Below, in pieces: positions 9,134-17,182 of a DNA stretch of 64,000 bases. Where the stretch lies: IMG/VR virus record IMGVR_UViG_3300027963_005142; one strand, given 5' to 3'. Numbering within the stretch: the stretch's first letter is position 1; each line of letters opens with the position of its first letter. Both the position numbers and the translations under genes were made by a program. The stretch is from an uncultured virus (IMG/VR IMGVR_UViG_3300027963_005142). Its lineage: Duplodnaviria; Heunggongvirae; Uroviricota; Caudoviricetes. The notes under the pieces were generated by a model. That model saw only the letters and a list, made by a program, of their open reading frames with translations, had not been told where the DNA came from and did not search any database.

Positions 9134-9229
9134 CTCTTCCCCTTGATCGCCTGCGCTGATTTTGAGGGCGCGCATCCAATCGAGAGAATTGGAATATTTA
9201 CTGCATAGATATCGATATCTGGAGACTAA

Positions 9230-9775
9230 ATGAGAATCACCGGTAGGCAGCTGCGACAGATCATCCGTGAGGTCCTGAGTGAGGGTCCTTTTGATTCTGC
9301 AGCTTACATTGCAGGTCGAAACGAGCCCCCATACAGACCAGAAGTTCTCGAGCCACAACCTGAGAGGAGGGAAGAGCCGCTGCCAGACACTCCAGAGGCA
9401 AGAGCTTTCTCCTACATCATTGACAACATCGCCGAGCTGTCAGGAGATCCCGATGTGGCATTCATCATGCAACAGCTCCGGAGTGATGCAAAAAACATGG
9501 CAGTCATCGCCGACGAGAAAGGTCTAGAGGCAGCTGTTAGATCGCTCTTAAGAAGCTATGAGCGCTGGTCGCAGGATCCTACTGCTGGAAGACGGGCTCC
9601 TCGGCCGCTAAGATCGCGAGAAGAGGTCGAGGCTTATAGAGAAGAGCTGCGTCAAAAGTTCGATGAGATCATTGTTTCTCTCGATCCTATGAGCAACATT
9701 GATGTTCCTGAGACAGCTGCAGATAAAGCACTGGGTGTGGGGCTTATGCATAGAATACCCACACGCGGCTATTGA
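9230..9775 (+). CDS. Leader-family hypothetical protein
   Basis: MRITGRQLRQIIREVLSE; ATATTTA and ATAGATA boxes upstream; GGAG SD. Confidence 0.85.
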   Translation: MRITGRQLRQIIREVLSEGPFDSAAYIAGRNEPPYRPEVLEPQPERREEPLPDTPEARAFSYIIDNIAELSGDPDVAFIMQQLRSDAKNMAVIADEKGLEAAVRSLLRSYERWSQDPTAGRRAPRPLRSREEVEAYREELRQKFDEIIVSLDPMSNIDVPETAADKALGVGLMHRIPTRGY

Positions 9776-9800
9776 CCTGTAGAGAGGATCTGGAGTCTTC

Positions 9801-10415
9801 GTGCAGATAATACCTGATGAAGTTCTCAAGCGGCAGCAGTCAGCAGCCTGGATTGCTCCGGACGGAGAACTTATGCTGCTTGGCAAAGACGAGCTGCACG
9901 ATAACCGCTCTGTTGAATTTCCTGGCATGCCCGAGGACGATTGGCTGGCCCGTGACTTTCCTTCCACCTACGCCGTTGCAAAGCTGAGATATGTCAAGGT
10001 GAGCTCGCCCTTCCAGTGTGCCTGGGATGGTCAACCCGAGCGGCGTCAGAGAGATGTCAGAATGGAGACCATGGCAGAATTGATGTCGCAGGCAGCTGTC
10101 ATGATCAAGCGGTCAAGGTACAACCCTTGGGGTTTTAGTAGCGAAAGCGATCTGACGCAGATCCCAGTCTATGTGGTAAAGGTTGAAATCAAAAAAGAAG
10201 ATCCAGACGCCTTTCCTGCACAGAAAGTATTGGAAACTACAGTCGGTGACTTTATCGAAAAATGGGGATACCGTGCGGCAAGTGACCACCTCTACAAGAA
10301 TCTTCTAAGCGAGAGAGCCTGGCGACTTCTCCAGCTCCTTGAATCACGGGGTGGTTTTGACTTCCGCCACCGCAGAATTATCTGCGAAGAGCTTGCACGA
10401 AGATCAATACTTTAG
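9801..10415 (+). CDS. Hypothetical protein (WIAPDG motif; leader-like RRIICEEL at the C-terminus)
   Basis: 204-aa ORF with GGAG SD. Confidence 0.7.
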   Translation: MQIIPDEVLKRQQSAAWIAPDGELMLLGKDELHDNRSVEFPGMPEDDWLARDFPSTYAVAKLRYVKVSSPFQCAWDGQPERRQRDVRMETMAELMSQAAVMIKRSRYNPWGFSSESDLTQIPVYVVKVEIKKEDPDAFPAQKVLETTVGDFIEKWGYRAASDHLYKNLLSERAWRLLQLLESRGGFDFRHRRIICEELARRSIL

Positions 10416-10439
10416 TGCGCTTTCGGATAAGATCTCTAG

Positions 10440-10523
10440 GTGATATCTGATGTACTAATAAAGACTGCGTTGATCATCTTCTTCTACGCCGTTATTAGTG
10501 CTTGCTGTGGGTTTCTACCATAG
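10440..10523 (+). CDS. 27-aa hydrophobic micropeptide (V/M)ISDVLIKTALIIFFYAVISACCGFLP
   Basis: Shares DxLxKxALIIFFY with 8364..8453; GTG start, weak RBS. Confidence 0.4.
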   Translation: MISDVLIKTALIIFFYAVISACCGFLP

Positions 10524-10630
10524 GAGCCCCGCTTCTTGTGTGCTCGGGCTGATTTTATGGGCGCGCGTAAGATCTTCTGGTGTCAAATAGCGGAACTTAC
10601 CGCGAGAGCCTATGTATTTCTTGAGGACAG

Positions 10631-11857
10631 ATGAGGATCACAGCAGAAGGCATCTACCGCATCATCCAAGATGAAGCCCGTGTGAGCCACAAGTCCACCA
10701 AGGAGACCCAGAAGATGAGAATTACTGAGCGTGACCTGAAGAACATGGTCAAGAAGATCGTCAGAGAAGCCCCTTACGACATGACGCCGGAGATCGAAGC
10801 AGTCTACGGAGAGGCCCCACCTGAGGATCTAGACATGGTTGAAGACATCTTCGAGGCCTGGCTTGCCGGTGTCGTCGAGGTGGGCGAAGCCACTGAAGCT
10901 GAAATGAGGATGCTCTCAAGTGAGATCGGGCCCTACATCCAGGACATGGAGCCAGGGGATATGTTCATCTTTAACATGTCTGGGTTCTCAACACCTTCGG
11001 GAGACACACCGCAACCGATCTCAGTGACTGCCACAGATAGAGGTTACAGCGTCAGCTGGGGAATGGAAGCGGATGATACTGTCAGCGTCGATGGCGCTGA
11101 GGATGTCGTCTATGTCGTCGGTGTTGCGGCTGTGGATTCTGTCCTCTTCTCAGATGAAGATCCTATGGGCAGTGAGGAATTCGGACCTCCAGGTGAGTTC
11201 GAAGAGCCTGCAGATCCTTACGAAGATCTTCATACTGGATACGATGAGGAACGTGATACTGAGCGCTCTGCTCATATTGCAGCTCTGTCCGAGTCCCGGA
11301 CGATCCGACAGATGATTCTCAAAGAGATGGCTGATATCCTTCCTCTCGGCAATTTCCAGATGAGACCTAGTGCTGCAGGTGACGAGATGAGTGGCGAGAT
11401 TGTCGACTTCCCCTTCCAGAAGACGGAAGATGAACCTCTCGACGCAGGGAATGCATCAGATGCTCTCAAAGGAATCTATCTTGACTACTTTGTCGACGGA
11501 CCTGCAAGTCCTGGTCTCTTGTCTCTTCTTGAAGATTTCATGTCTGGATCAGCTGCAGGTAGAAAAGGCGTAGGTTCTCCAAAGCGTCGAGCTGCAGAGA
11601 ACATTGTTGCCATGGTTGAAGCAATGCTTGATGACAAGATTCCTGTTGTTAATTTTCACGCAGAGAAGGGTGACGAGGACGCGATCGAGGTGCTCTCATC
11701 GCTCCACTCGCTGGATCACATCATCTCTACGTACACAGGTGCCTACAATGTTATGGCTGAGAAGATCTACGATGTTGTCTTTAATATTCCGACTCGCGGA
11801 GCTGATCCAGACACTGAGAGCGGTCTTCCTCTCGTAGATGTTCTGGCTGATAGATAA
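10631..11857 (+). CDS. Acidic leader-family protein with tandem leaders
   Basis: MRITAEGIYRIIQDE then MRITERDLKNMVKKIVRE; internal LSESRTIRQMILKEM. Confidence 0.85.
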   Translation: MRITAEGIYRIIQDEARVSHKSTKETQKMRITERDLKNMVKKIVREAPYDMTPEIEAVYGEAPPEDLDMVEDIFEAWLAGVVEVGEATEAEMRMLSSEIGPYIQDMEPGDMFIFNMSGFSTPSGDTPQPISVTATDRGYSVSWGMEADDTVSVDGAEDVVYVVGVAAVDSVLFSDEDPMGSEEFGPPGEFEEPADPYEDLHTGYDEERDTERSAHIAALSESRTIRQMILKEMADILPLGNFQMRPSAAGDEMSGEIVDFPFQKTEDEPLDAGNASDALKGIYLDYFVDGPASPGLLSLLEDFMSGSAAGRKGVGSPKRRAAENIVAMVEAMLDDKIPVVNFHAEKGDEDAIEVLSSLHSLDHIISTYTGAYNVMAEKIYDVVFNIPTRGADPDTESGLPLVDVLADR

Positions 11858-11878
11858 CAAAAGATAGCAAAGACAAGC

Positions 11879-11905
11879 TCGGCCGGAGAACATCCGGCCG
11901 ATTTT
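11879..11905 (+). terminator. Intrinsic terminator between convergent genes
   Basis: tcggccgga-gaaca-tccggccga-tttt. Confidence 0.7.
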
Positions 11906-11923
11906 GCGTCTAAGATATCAAGA

Positions 11924-12253
11924 TTATCTTCTTCTAAGTCTCTCAGAGAGTTCGGCCTTGATGCGCTGCTTGAGGTAGTGAGCCTCGTCACCACCAGGCT
12001 GGTTCATGCGCTTCTGGTCGTTGTCATGCTCCTCTTCGAGATAGTCGCCCTCATCTTCCTCGTACATCCCCATCTCATCTTCTTCCTCGAACTGGCCGTA
12101 GTCGCCTTCGTCTTCTTCCTTCATGGCACCAAGAAGGCCTGTATCATCCTCTTCTTCCATGTATCCGATGCCGCGGTGATCATATCCACCCTCCATGTGA
12201 CGGCTAAGCTCTTCCTTGATGATCCTTCTAAGCTGACTGGACGTGATTCTCAT
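11924..12253 (-). CDS. Leader-family, highly acidic small protein (scaffold/core-like)
   Basis: MRITSSQLRRIIKEEL; repeated EEDE-like units; ATAGTTA box on the minus strand at 12276-12282. Confidence 0.85.
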   Translation of the reverse strand: MRITSSQLRRIIKEELSRHMEGGYDHRGIGYMEEEDDTGLLGAMKEEDEGDYGQFEEEDEMGMYEEDEGDYLEEEHDNDQKRMNQPGGDEAHYLKQRIKAELSERLRRR

Positions 12254-12298
12254 AGGTAGTAGTTTCCTCTTCTCATAACTATATTCGTTTCTGGCAAT

Positions 12299-12712
12299 CT
12301 ACATTCTTGATTCGTAGATCTCTCTAGTAACATCTTTTGCGAACATTTTTATTAGCTGCCCGGCCACGGCGTTTGCTTCGTCTTCATGGAAGCCTCCAAT
12401 ATCCTTGATGGGATCTTTTCCTATGAGTCCTCGGACGTGCTGAGACATGTGGACTAGTTCGTGAGCGATCGACCTGCAGATGTCTGCAATTGATCTTCCT
12501 CTGCCGTAGATTCTGACGTTGTTATCGGCCGGATTATAGTATGCTGTCGTCTTAATTCCGCTAGAGTCTCTATCAGACTCAATCTGAATTATGGTGTCGA
12601 TGTCGCTTCCCATTCCTAGCTGATCCATGCAATAGGTGCAAAACTCTCCAATAATGTGCTGCTTTTCTGGGAGCATCATTAGATCTTTCTTTACAATCAG
12701 CTTCTGCGGCAT
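12299..12712 (-). CDS. Zn metallopeptidase-like protein (HExxH)
   Basis: SIAHELVHMSQH...HEDEANA. Confidence 0.7.
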   Translation of the reverse strand: MPQKLIVKKDLMMLPEKQHIIGEFCTYCMDQLGMGSDIDTIIQIESDRDSSGIKTTAYYNPADNNVRIYGRGRSIADICRSIAHELVHMSQHVRGLIGKDPIKDIGGFHEDEANAVAGQLIKMFAKDVTREIYESRM

Positions 12713-12768
12713 TGTTTGTCTCCTGGCCTTACTAGATGCAATCTCTTGCTATACTTATCTATAGAACG

Positions 12769-13941
12769 ATGTCGATCTTTAGGTCACACAAAGCAACAGC
12801 AGATAGATCAGCATCCGACCGTGCCCGTCACAAGCAAAAGATTGACAAAGCGATTAGAGACGGTGTTACAGACATTGTCGCTGATGAGTCGATCATTGGA
12901 CAAGACGGTAAGAAGAAGATCAAGATTCCTGTTAAGGGCATCAAGGAGTGGCAGTTTGTCTATGGTGACAATGAAGGACAAAAATCTGTTGGGTCTGCTC
13001 CGGGTCAAGATCTTCAAAAAGGTCAGGTTGTAAGAAAAAGTCAAAAACAGCAAGGATCTGGCGGTAGCAAGGCTGGAAAAGACAAGGGTGAAGAATACTA
13101 CGAAGTTGAGATTACACTTGAAGAGCTGGCCGAATACCTCTTCGCATCCTTGAACCTTCCTGATCTAGACCGTAAGCGCTTTAAGAAGCTCATGGAAGAG
13201 AAGCCGAGAAAGCACGGTACCCGAACTGAAGGAATTCGTCCGCGACTTGACAAGAAGAAGTCAGCAATCCAGCGGATCAAGCGTCTCAATGCAGCAAAGA
13301 GAAGTGCAGAAGAAGGCGAGGAGATCAATACCTCTTTCCACGAAGATGACCTTCGATACTACCATATCGACAGCAAGCCCAAGGAGGCAACAAATGCTGT
13401 CGTCTTCTTCGCAATGGATGTCTCTGGCTCTATGTCTCAAGAGATTAGATTCTTGGCGAGGTCATTTTTCTTCCTTCTATATCAGTTTCTTCGTCACAAA
13501 TACGAGAAGACAGAAGTTGTCTTTGTATCACATACGACAGAGGCTGAGGAGACTGACGAGGAGCACTTCTTTCAGAAGTTCACATCAGGAGGTACTCATG
13601 TCTCTTCAGCACCAATTCTCTCAAGAGATATTGCGATGAAGAGGTACCATCCAAGCAGCTGGAACATCTACTACTTCCACTGCACCGACGGGGATAACTG
13701 GGCTGAGGATAATGATCTTGCAGTTAAATCGATCCTTGATCTGTCTGGAATATGTCAGCTGCTTGGGTATGTTGAGATAGTTCCACCAAACTCCAGACCA
13801 GCCTGGGATAACAGCGCAGGATCCTTGTATCCAAAGATTAAGAATATTGAGGGACCTAGTCTCAAGACAGCTGTTATTGAGGGTAAAGAATCGATCTGGC
13901 CTATCTTTAAGAGATTCTTTGGAGGACTAGAAGTTGTCTGA
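12769..13941 (+). CDS. yeaH: YeaH/YhbH (DUF444) vWA-type protein
   Basis: DRARHKQKI, FHEDDLRY, MDVSGSM, SGGT, WNIYYFHCTDGDNW; start moved to ATG 12769. Confidence 0.92.
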   Translation: MSIFRSHKATADRSASDRARHKQKIDKAIRDGVTDIVADESIIGQDGKKKIKIPVKGIKEWQFVYGDNEGQKSVGSAPGQDLQKGQVVRKSQKQQGSGGSKAGKDKGEEYYEVEITLEELAEYLFASLNLPDLDRKRFKKLMEEKPRKHGTRTEGIRPRLDKKKSAIQRIKRLNAAKRSAEEGEEINTSFHEDDLRYYHIDSKPKEATNAVVFFAMDVSGSMSQEIRFLARSFFFLLYQFLRHKYEKTEVVFVSHTTEAEETDEEHFFQKFTSGGTHVSSAPILSRDIAMKRYHPSSWNIYYFHCTDGDNWAEDNDLAVKSILDLSGICQLLGYVEIVPPNSRPAWDNSAGSLYPKIKNIEGPSLKTAVIEGKESIWPIFKRFFGGLEVV

Positions 13942-15253
13942 TTGGAACTTTAGCGATCTAGAGCACTGGGATGAAAGGATATGCAATATTGCTCGAAGCT
14001 ATGGACTTGATTGGTTTGACATATCCTACGAGACTATTGACTACCACGAGATGATTGGTGCCATGTCCTACCATGGACTGCCTTCTCACTACGCTCACTG
14101 GTCTTATGGAAAGTCTTTTGAGAGGACTCATGGAATGTATAACATGGGCCTTGAGGGCTTGCCCTATGAGCTTATCATTAACTCTGATCCTTCGATCGCT
14201 TACTTGATGTTGGAGAATCCTCTTTACCTCCAGATCCTGATCATGGCGCACTGCGTCGGTCATTCTGATTTTTTTAAGAACAACAGGACCTTTAAAGACA
14301 CTGATCCGGCGAGAGCACCGATTAGATTTAGAAGCGCTCGAAACCGCATCCAGTCCTACATCGAGGACCCTTCTATTGGAATCGAGAAGGTTGAGAAGAT
14401 CATCGATGCTTGTCACAGTATTCAGTACCAGATTGATAGAAGAGGAAGGACTAGACTTTCTGATAAAGAACTGAAGAAAGAATACGAGAGAAAGATAAAA
14501 TCTGATAAAAATGGAAAGCTGAAGAACTTTGACATTGATCGGATTCCTCTCGAGCCTGAGTATGATATCTTGAGATTTGTTCAAGAGCACAGTAGAGAGC
14601 TTTCTGACTGGGAGAGAGATATTGTGGATATCATCCACGAAGAATCTCAGTATTTTATGCCTCAGATTAGAACAAAAGTGATGAATGAGGGATGGGCCTC
14701 CTTCTGGCACTACAGAATTCTTCACGATCTTGAGCTTCCTGATGAGTATCATATTCCCTTCCTAAAGACTCACAACCAAGTTCTGCGGCCGTGGGGGCTT
14801 AGGATTAATCCATACCATCTGGGCTTTGAGATTTTCAAGGATATAGAGTCAAGTAAAGGACTTGATGAGTGCTTCTTTGCCAGAGAGATAGATTCTGATG
14901 AGAGTTTTATTAGGAGATACCTTACTGAGAGCAAAGCGAGAGAGCTTAATCTTTTTACCTACTCTTCAAAGGGTAAGAAGAATCCTGACTGGACTATAGA
15001 TGAAGTTATAGATGATGAAAGTAGCTGGAAAGAGGTTAGAAGCTCTTTGATACAGCAGGTTGGTGGCAACAGCATACCAGTCATCTATGTTGATGATATT
15101 GATAAGGGTACTTTGATACTCAGGCATGAGCATGATGGTAGAGATCTTGAAATAGACTATGCAGATCAATGTGTGAAGAGTATTGTTGAACTATGGAAAG
15201 GACCTGTGAAATTATTTACTGAACTGGAGGGCGAAGACTTTGAAATCTCCTAA
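13934..15253 (+). CDS. spoVR: SpoVR/YcgB family protein
   Basis: HWSYGK, YELIINSDP, AHCVGHSDFFKNN, YFMPQIRTKVMNEGWASFWH, NPYHLG. Confidence 0.95.
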   Translation: MSDWNFSDLEHWDERICNIARSYGLDWFDISYETIDYHEMIGAMSYHGLPSHYAHWSYGKSFERTHGMYNMGLEGLPYELIINSDPSIAYLMLENPLYLQILIMAHCVGHSDFFKNNRTFKDTDPARAPIRFRSARNRIQSYIEDPSIGIEKVEKIIDACHSIQYQIDRRGRTRLSDKELKKEYERKIKSDKNGKLKNFDIDRIPLEPEYDILRFVQEHSRELSDWERDIVDIIHEESQYFMPQIRTKVMNEGWASFWHYRILHDLELPDEYHIPFLKTHNQVLRPWGLRINPYHLGFEIFKDIESSKGLDECFFAREIDSDESFIRRYLTESKARELNLFTYSSKGKKNPDWTIDEVIDDESSWKEVRSSLIQQVGGNSIPVIYVDDIDKGTLILRHEHDGRDLEIDYADQCVKSIVELWKGPVKLFTELEGEDFEIS

Positions 15254-17174
15254 TTTTCTAGACCTAATCAAGCAGCAGAGAGAAAGTTCCACCAAGGAAT
15301 CTTGGAAGGGGTCGTTTGTAGAATATCTCGATGTTATTCAGAAAGATCCTTCAATAGTCCGGCTTTCTGCACGACGTCTCTCAGATTCTATAGAATCCAG
15401 AGGTGTAGGAAAGATGCAAGAGTCAGATCCTAGACTCAAGAAGCTGTTTGACTCTGATCCGATAAGAACATATGACTACTTCTCTTCAGACTTCTTTGGT
15501 CATGAGCGTGTCATTGCAAAGATTATGAGATTCCTCAAGGCAGCATCCATGAAGGGTGAAGAGAGTCGACAGGTTCTCCTCCTCATGGGACCTGTCGGTT
15601 CAGGAAAGAGCGCACTTGCTGACGCTCTTAAAAAGGCTCTTGAGCTTCATGCTGATCCCGTATATCAGCTTGAAGGATGTCCAGTTAGAGAGGAGCCTCT
15701 GCACCTTCTTCCTCGCTCTCTTAGATCTCAGTTTGAAGACCTGCTAGGAGTTCACATCGAAGGTGACCTCTGCCCAGTATGTCGCTACAAGCTTCTAAAT
15801 GAATTTGGTGGAGAATATGAGAAGTTTCCGGTAGTTAGAAGCGGATTCTCTCAGCGCGGCCGACGCGGTGTAGCTGTTGTTCCTCCCATGGATGCCAACT
15901 CTCAGGATGTCTCAGCTCTTATCGGATCTGAGGACATCTCAAAGCTTGACAAGTACAGTGAGTCGGATCCTCGAGTTCTTAACCTTGACGGTGCTTTTAA
16001 CGTCGGTAACCGAGGAGTTGTGGAGTTTGTTGAGATCTTCAAGAACGAGATTGAGTTTCTTCACACGATCATCACAGCAACACAGGAGAAGTCTGTTCCA
16101 ACACCAGGAAAGAATGGAATGCTCTACTTTGACGGTGTCATCATCTCTCACTGTAATGAGTCCGAGTGGAACCGCTTCAAGTCTGAGCACACTAATGAGG
16201 CCATCCTCGACCGTGTTGTGAAGATCGAGGTCCCGTACGTCCTAGAGCTCACTCAGGAGATGAAGATCTACGAGAAGATGATAAAGAAGTCTGACTTCAA
16301 GTTCCATCTGGCGCCGCACACCATCAAGGTTGCTGCGATGTTCTCTGTTATGAGCCGTCTTAAGCCATCTCAAAAGGTTGATCTTATCACAAAGATGAAG
16401 ATCTACGACGGTCAGGATGTTATTGAGAAGGGCAAGGTTAGAAAGATCGACATTAAGGATCTCCGCGAGGAAGCTCGCCACGAAGGAATGGATGGAATCT
16501 CTACGAGATTCATCACAAAGGCGATTGATAATGCTTTGACTGATTCTGATAAGGGCTTTATAACTCCAATGAGAGTTGTTGATGCACTTATCAAGCAAGT
16601 CAAGGATCAGGTTGTTGATGAGGAGAAGAAGAAGCAGTACCTTGAGATCCTGCAGAAAGTTATTCGAGAAGAGTACTTGAAGATTCTTGAAAGCGAGATT
16701 GCAAAGGCTTTCGTCACTGCCTACGAGGAGCAAGCTCAGTCACTCTTCGACAACTACCTTGACAATGCTGAAGCCTGGACTACTCGACAGAAGATGAAGG
16801 ATCGAGTTACTAACGAAGAGCGCGAGCCAGATGAGAAGTTTATGAAGGCTATTGAGGAGCAGATTGGAATTACTGGATCCTCCAGGGATGGATTTAGAGC
16901 TGACGTTACATCCTTCATGTTTGCAAAAGTTCGAAGAGGCGGTAAAGTTGACTACAAATCTTATGAGCCATTGAAGGAAGCCATTGAGAGCTACCTGGTT
17001 GCTTCTGTCAAAGACATGGCAAGAATTGTTACCAAGTCTAAGAGTCGTGACAATGAGCAGCAGAAGAAGTACTCTGAGATGGTTATGACTCTGGTCAATG
17101 ACTACAGCTACACCCCTGAGTCAGCTGAGGAAATAATCACATTTGCCTCGAACAACCTCTGGAGAGACAGTTAG
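15240..17174 (+). CDS. prkA: PrkA/YeaG AAA+ serine protein kinase family
   Basis: Walker A GPVGSGKS, GCPVREEPLHL, GDLCPVC, GNRGVVEFVE, GMDGISTRF. Confidence 0.95.
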   Translation: MKSPNFLDLIKQQRESSTKESWKGSFVEYLDVIQKDPSIVRLSARRLSDSIESRGVGKMQESDPRLKKLFDSDPIRTYDYFSSDFFGHERVIAKIMRFLKAASMKGEESRQVLLLMGPVGSGKSALADALKKALELHADPVYQLEGCPVREEPLHLLPRSLRSQFEDLLGVHIEGDLCPVCRYKLLNEFGGEYEKFPVVRSGFSQRGRRGVAVVPPMDANSQDVSALIGSEDISKLDKYSESDPRVLNLDGAFNVGNRGVVEFVEIFKNEIEFLHTIITATQEKSVPTPGKNGMLYFDGVIISHCNESEWNRFKSEHTNEAILDRVVKIEVPYVLELTQEMKIYEKMIKKSDFKFHLAPHTIKVAAMFSVMSRLKPSQKVDLITKMKIYDGQDVIEKGKVRKIDIKDLREEARHEGMDGISTRFITKAIDNALTDSDKGFITPMRVVDALIKQVKDQVVDEEKKKQYLEILQKVIREEYLKILESEIAKAFVTAYEEQAQSLFDNYLDNAEAWTTRQKMKDRVTNEEREPDEKFMKAIEEQIGITGSSRDGFRADVTSFMFAKVRRGGKVDYKSYEPLKEAIESYLVASVKDMARIVTKSKSRDNEQQKKYSEMVMTLVNDYSYTPESAEEIITFASNNLWRDS

Positions 17175-17182
17175 TATTAGGT

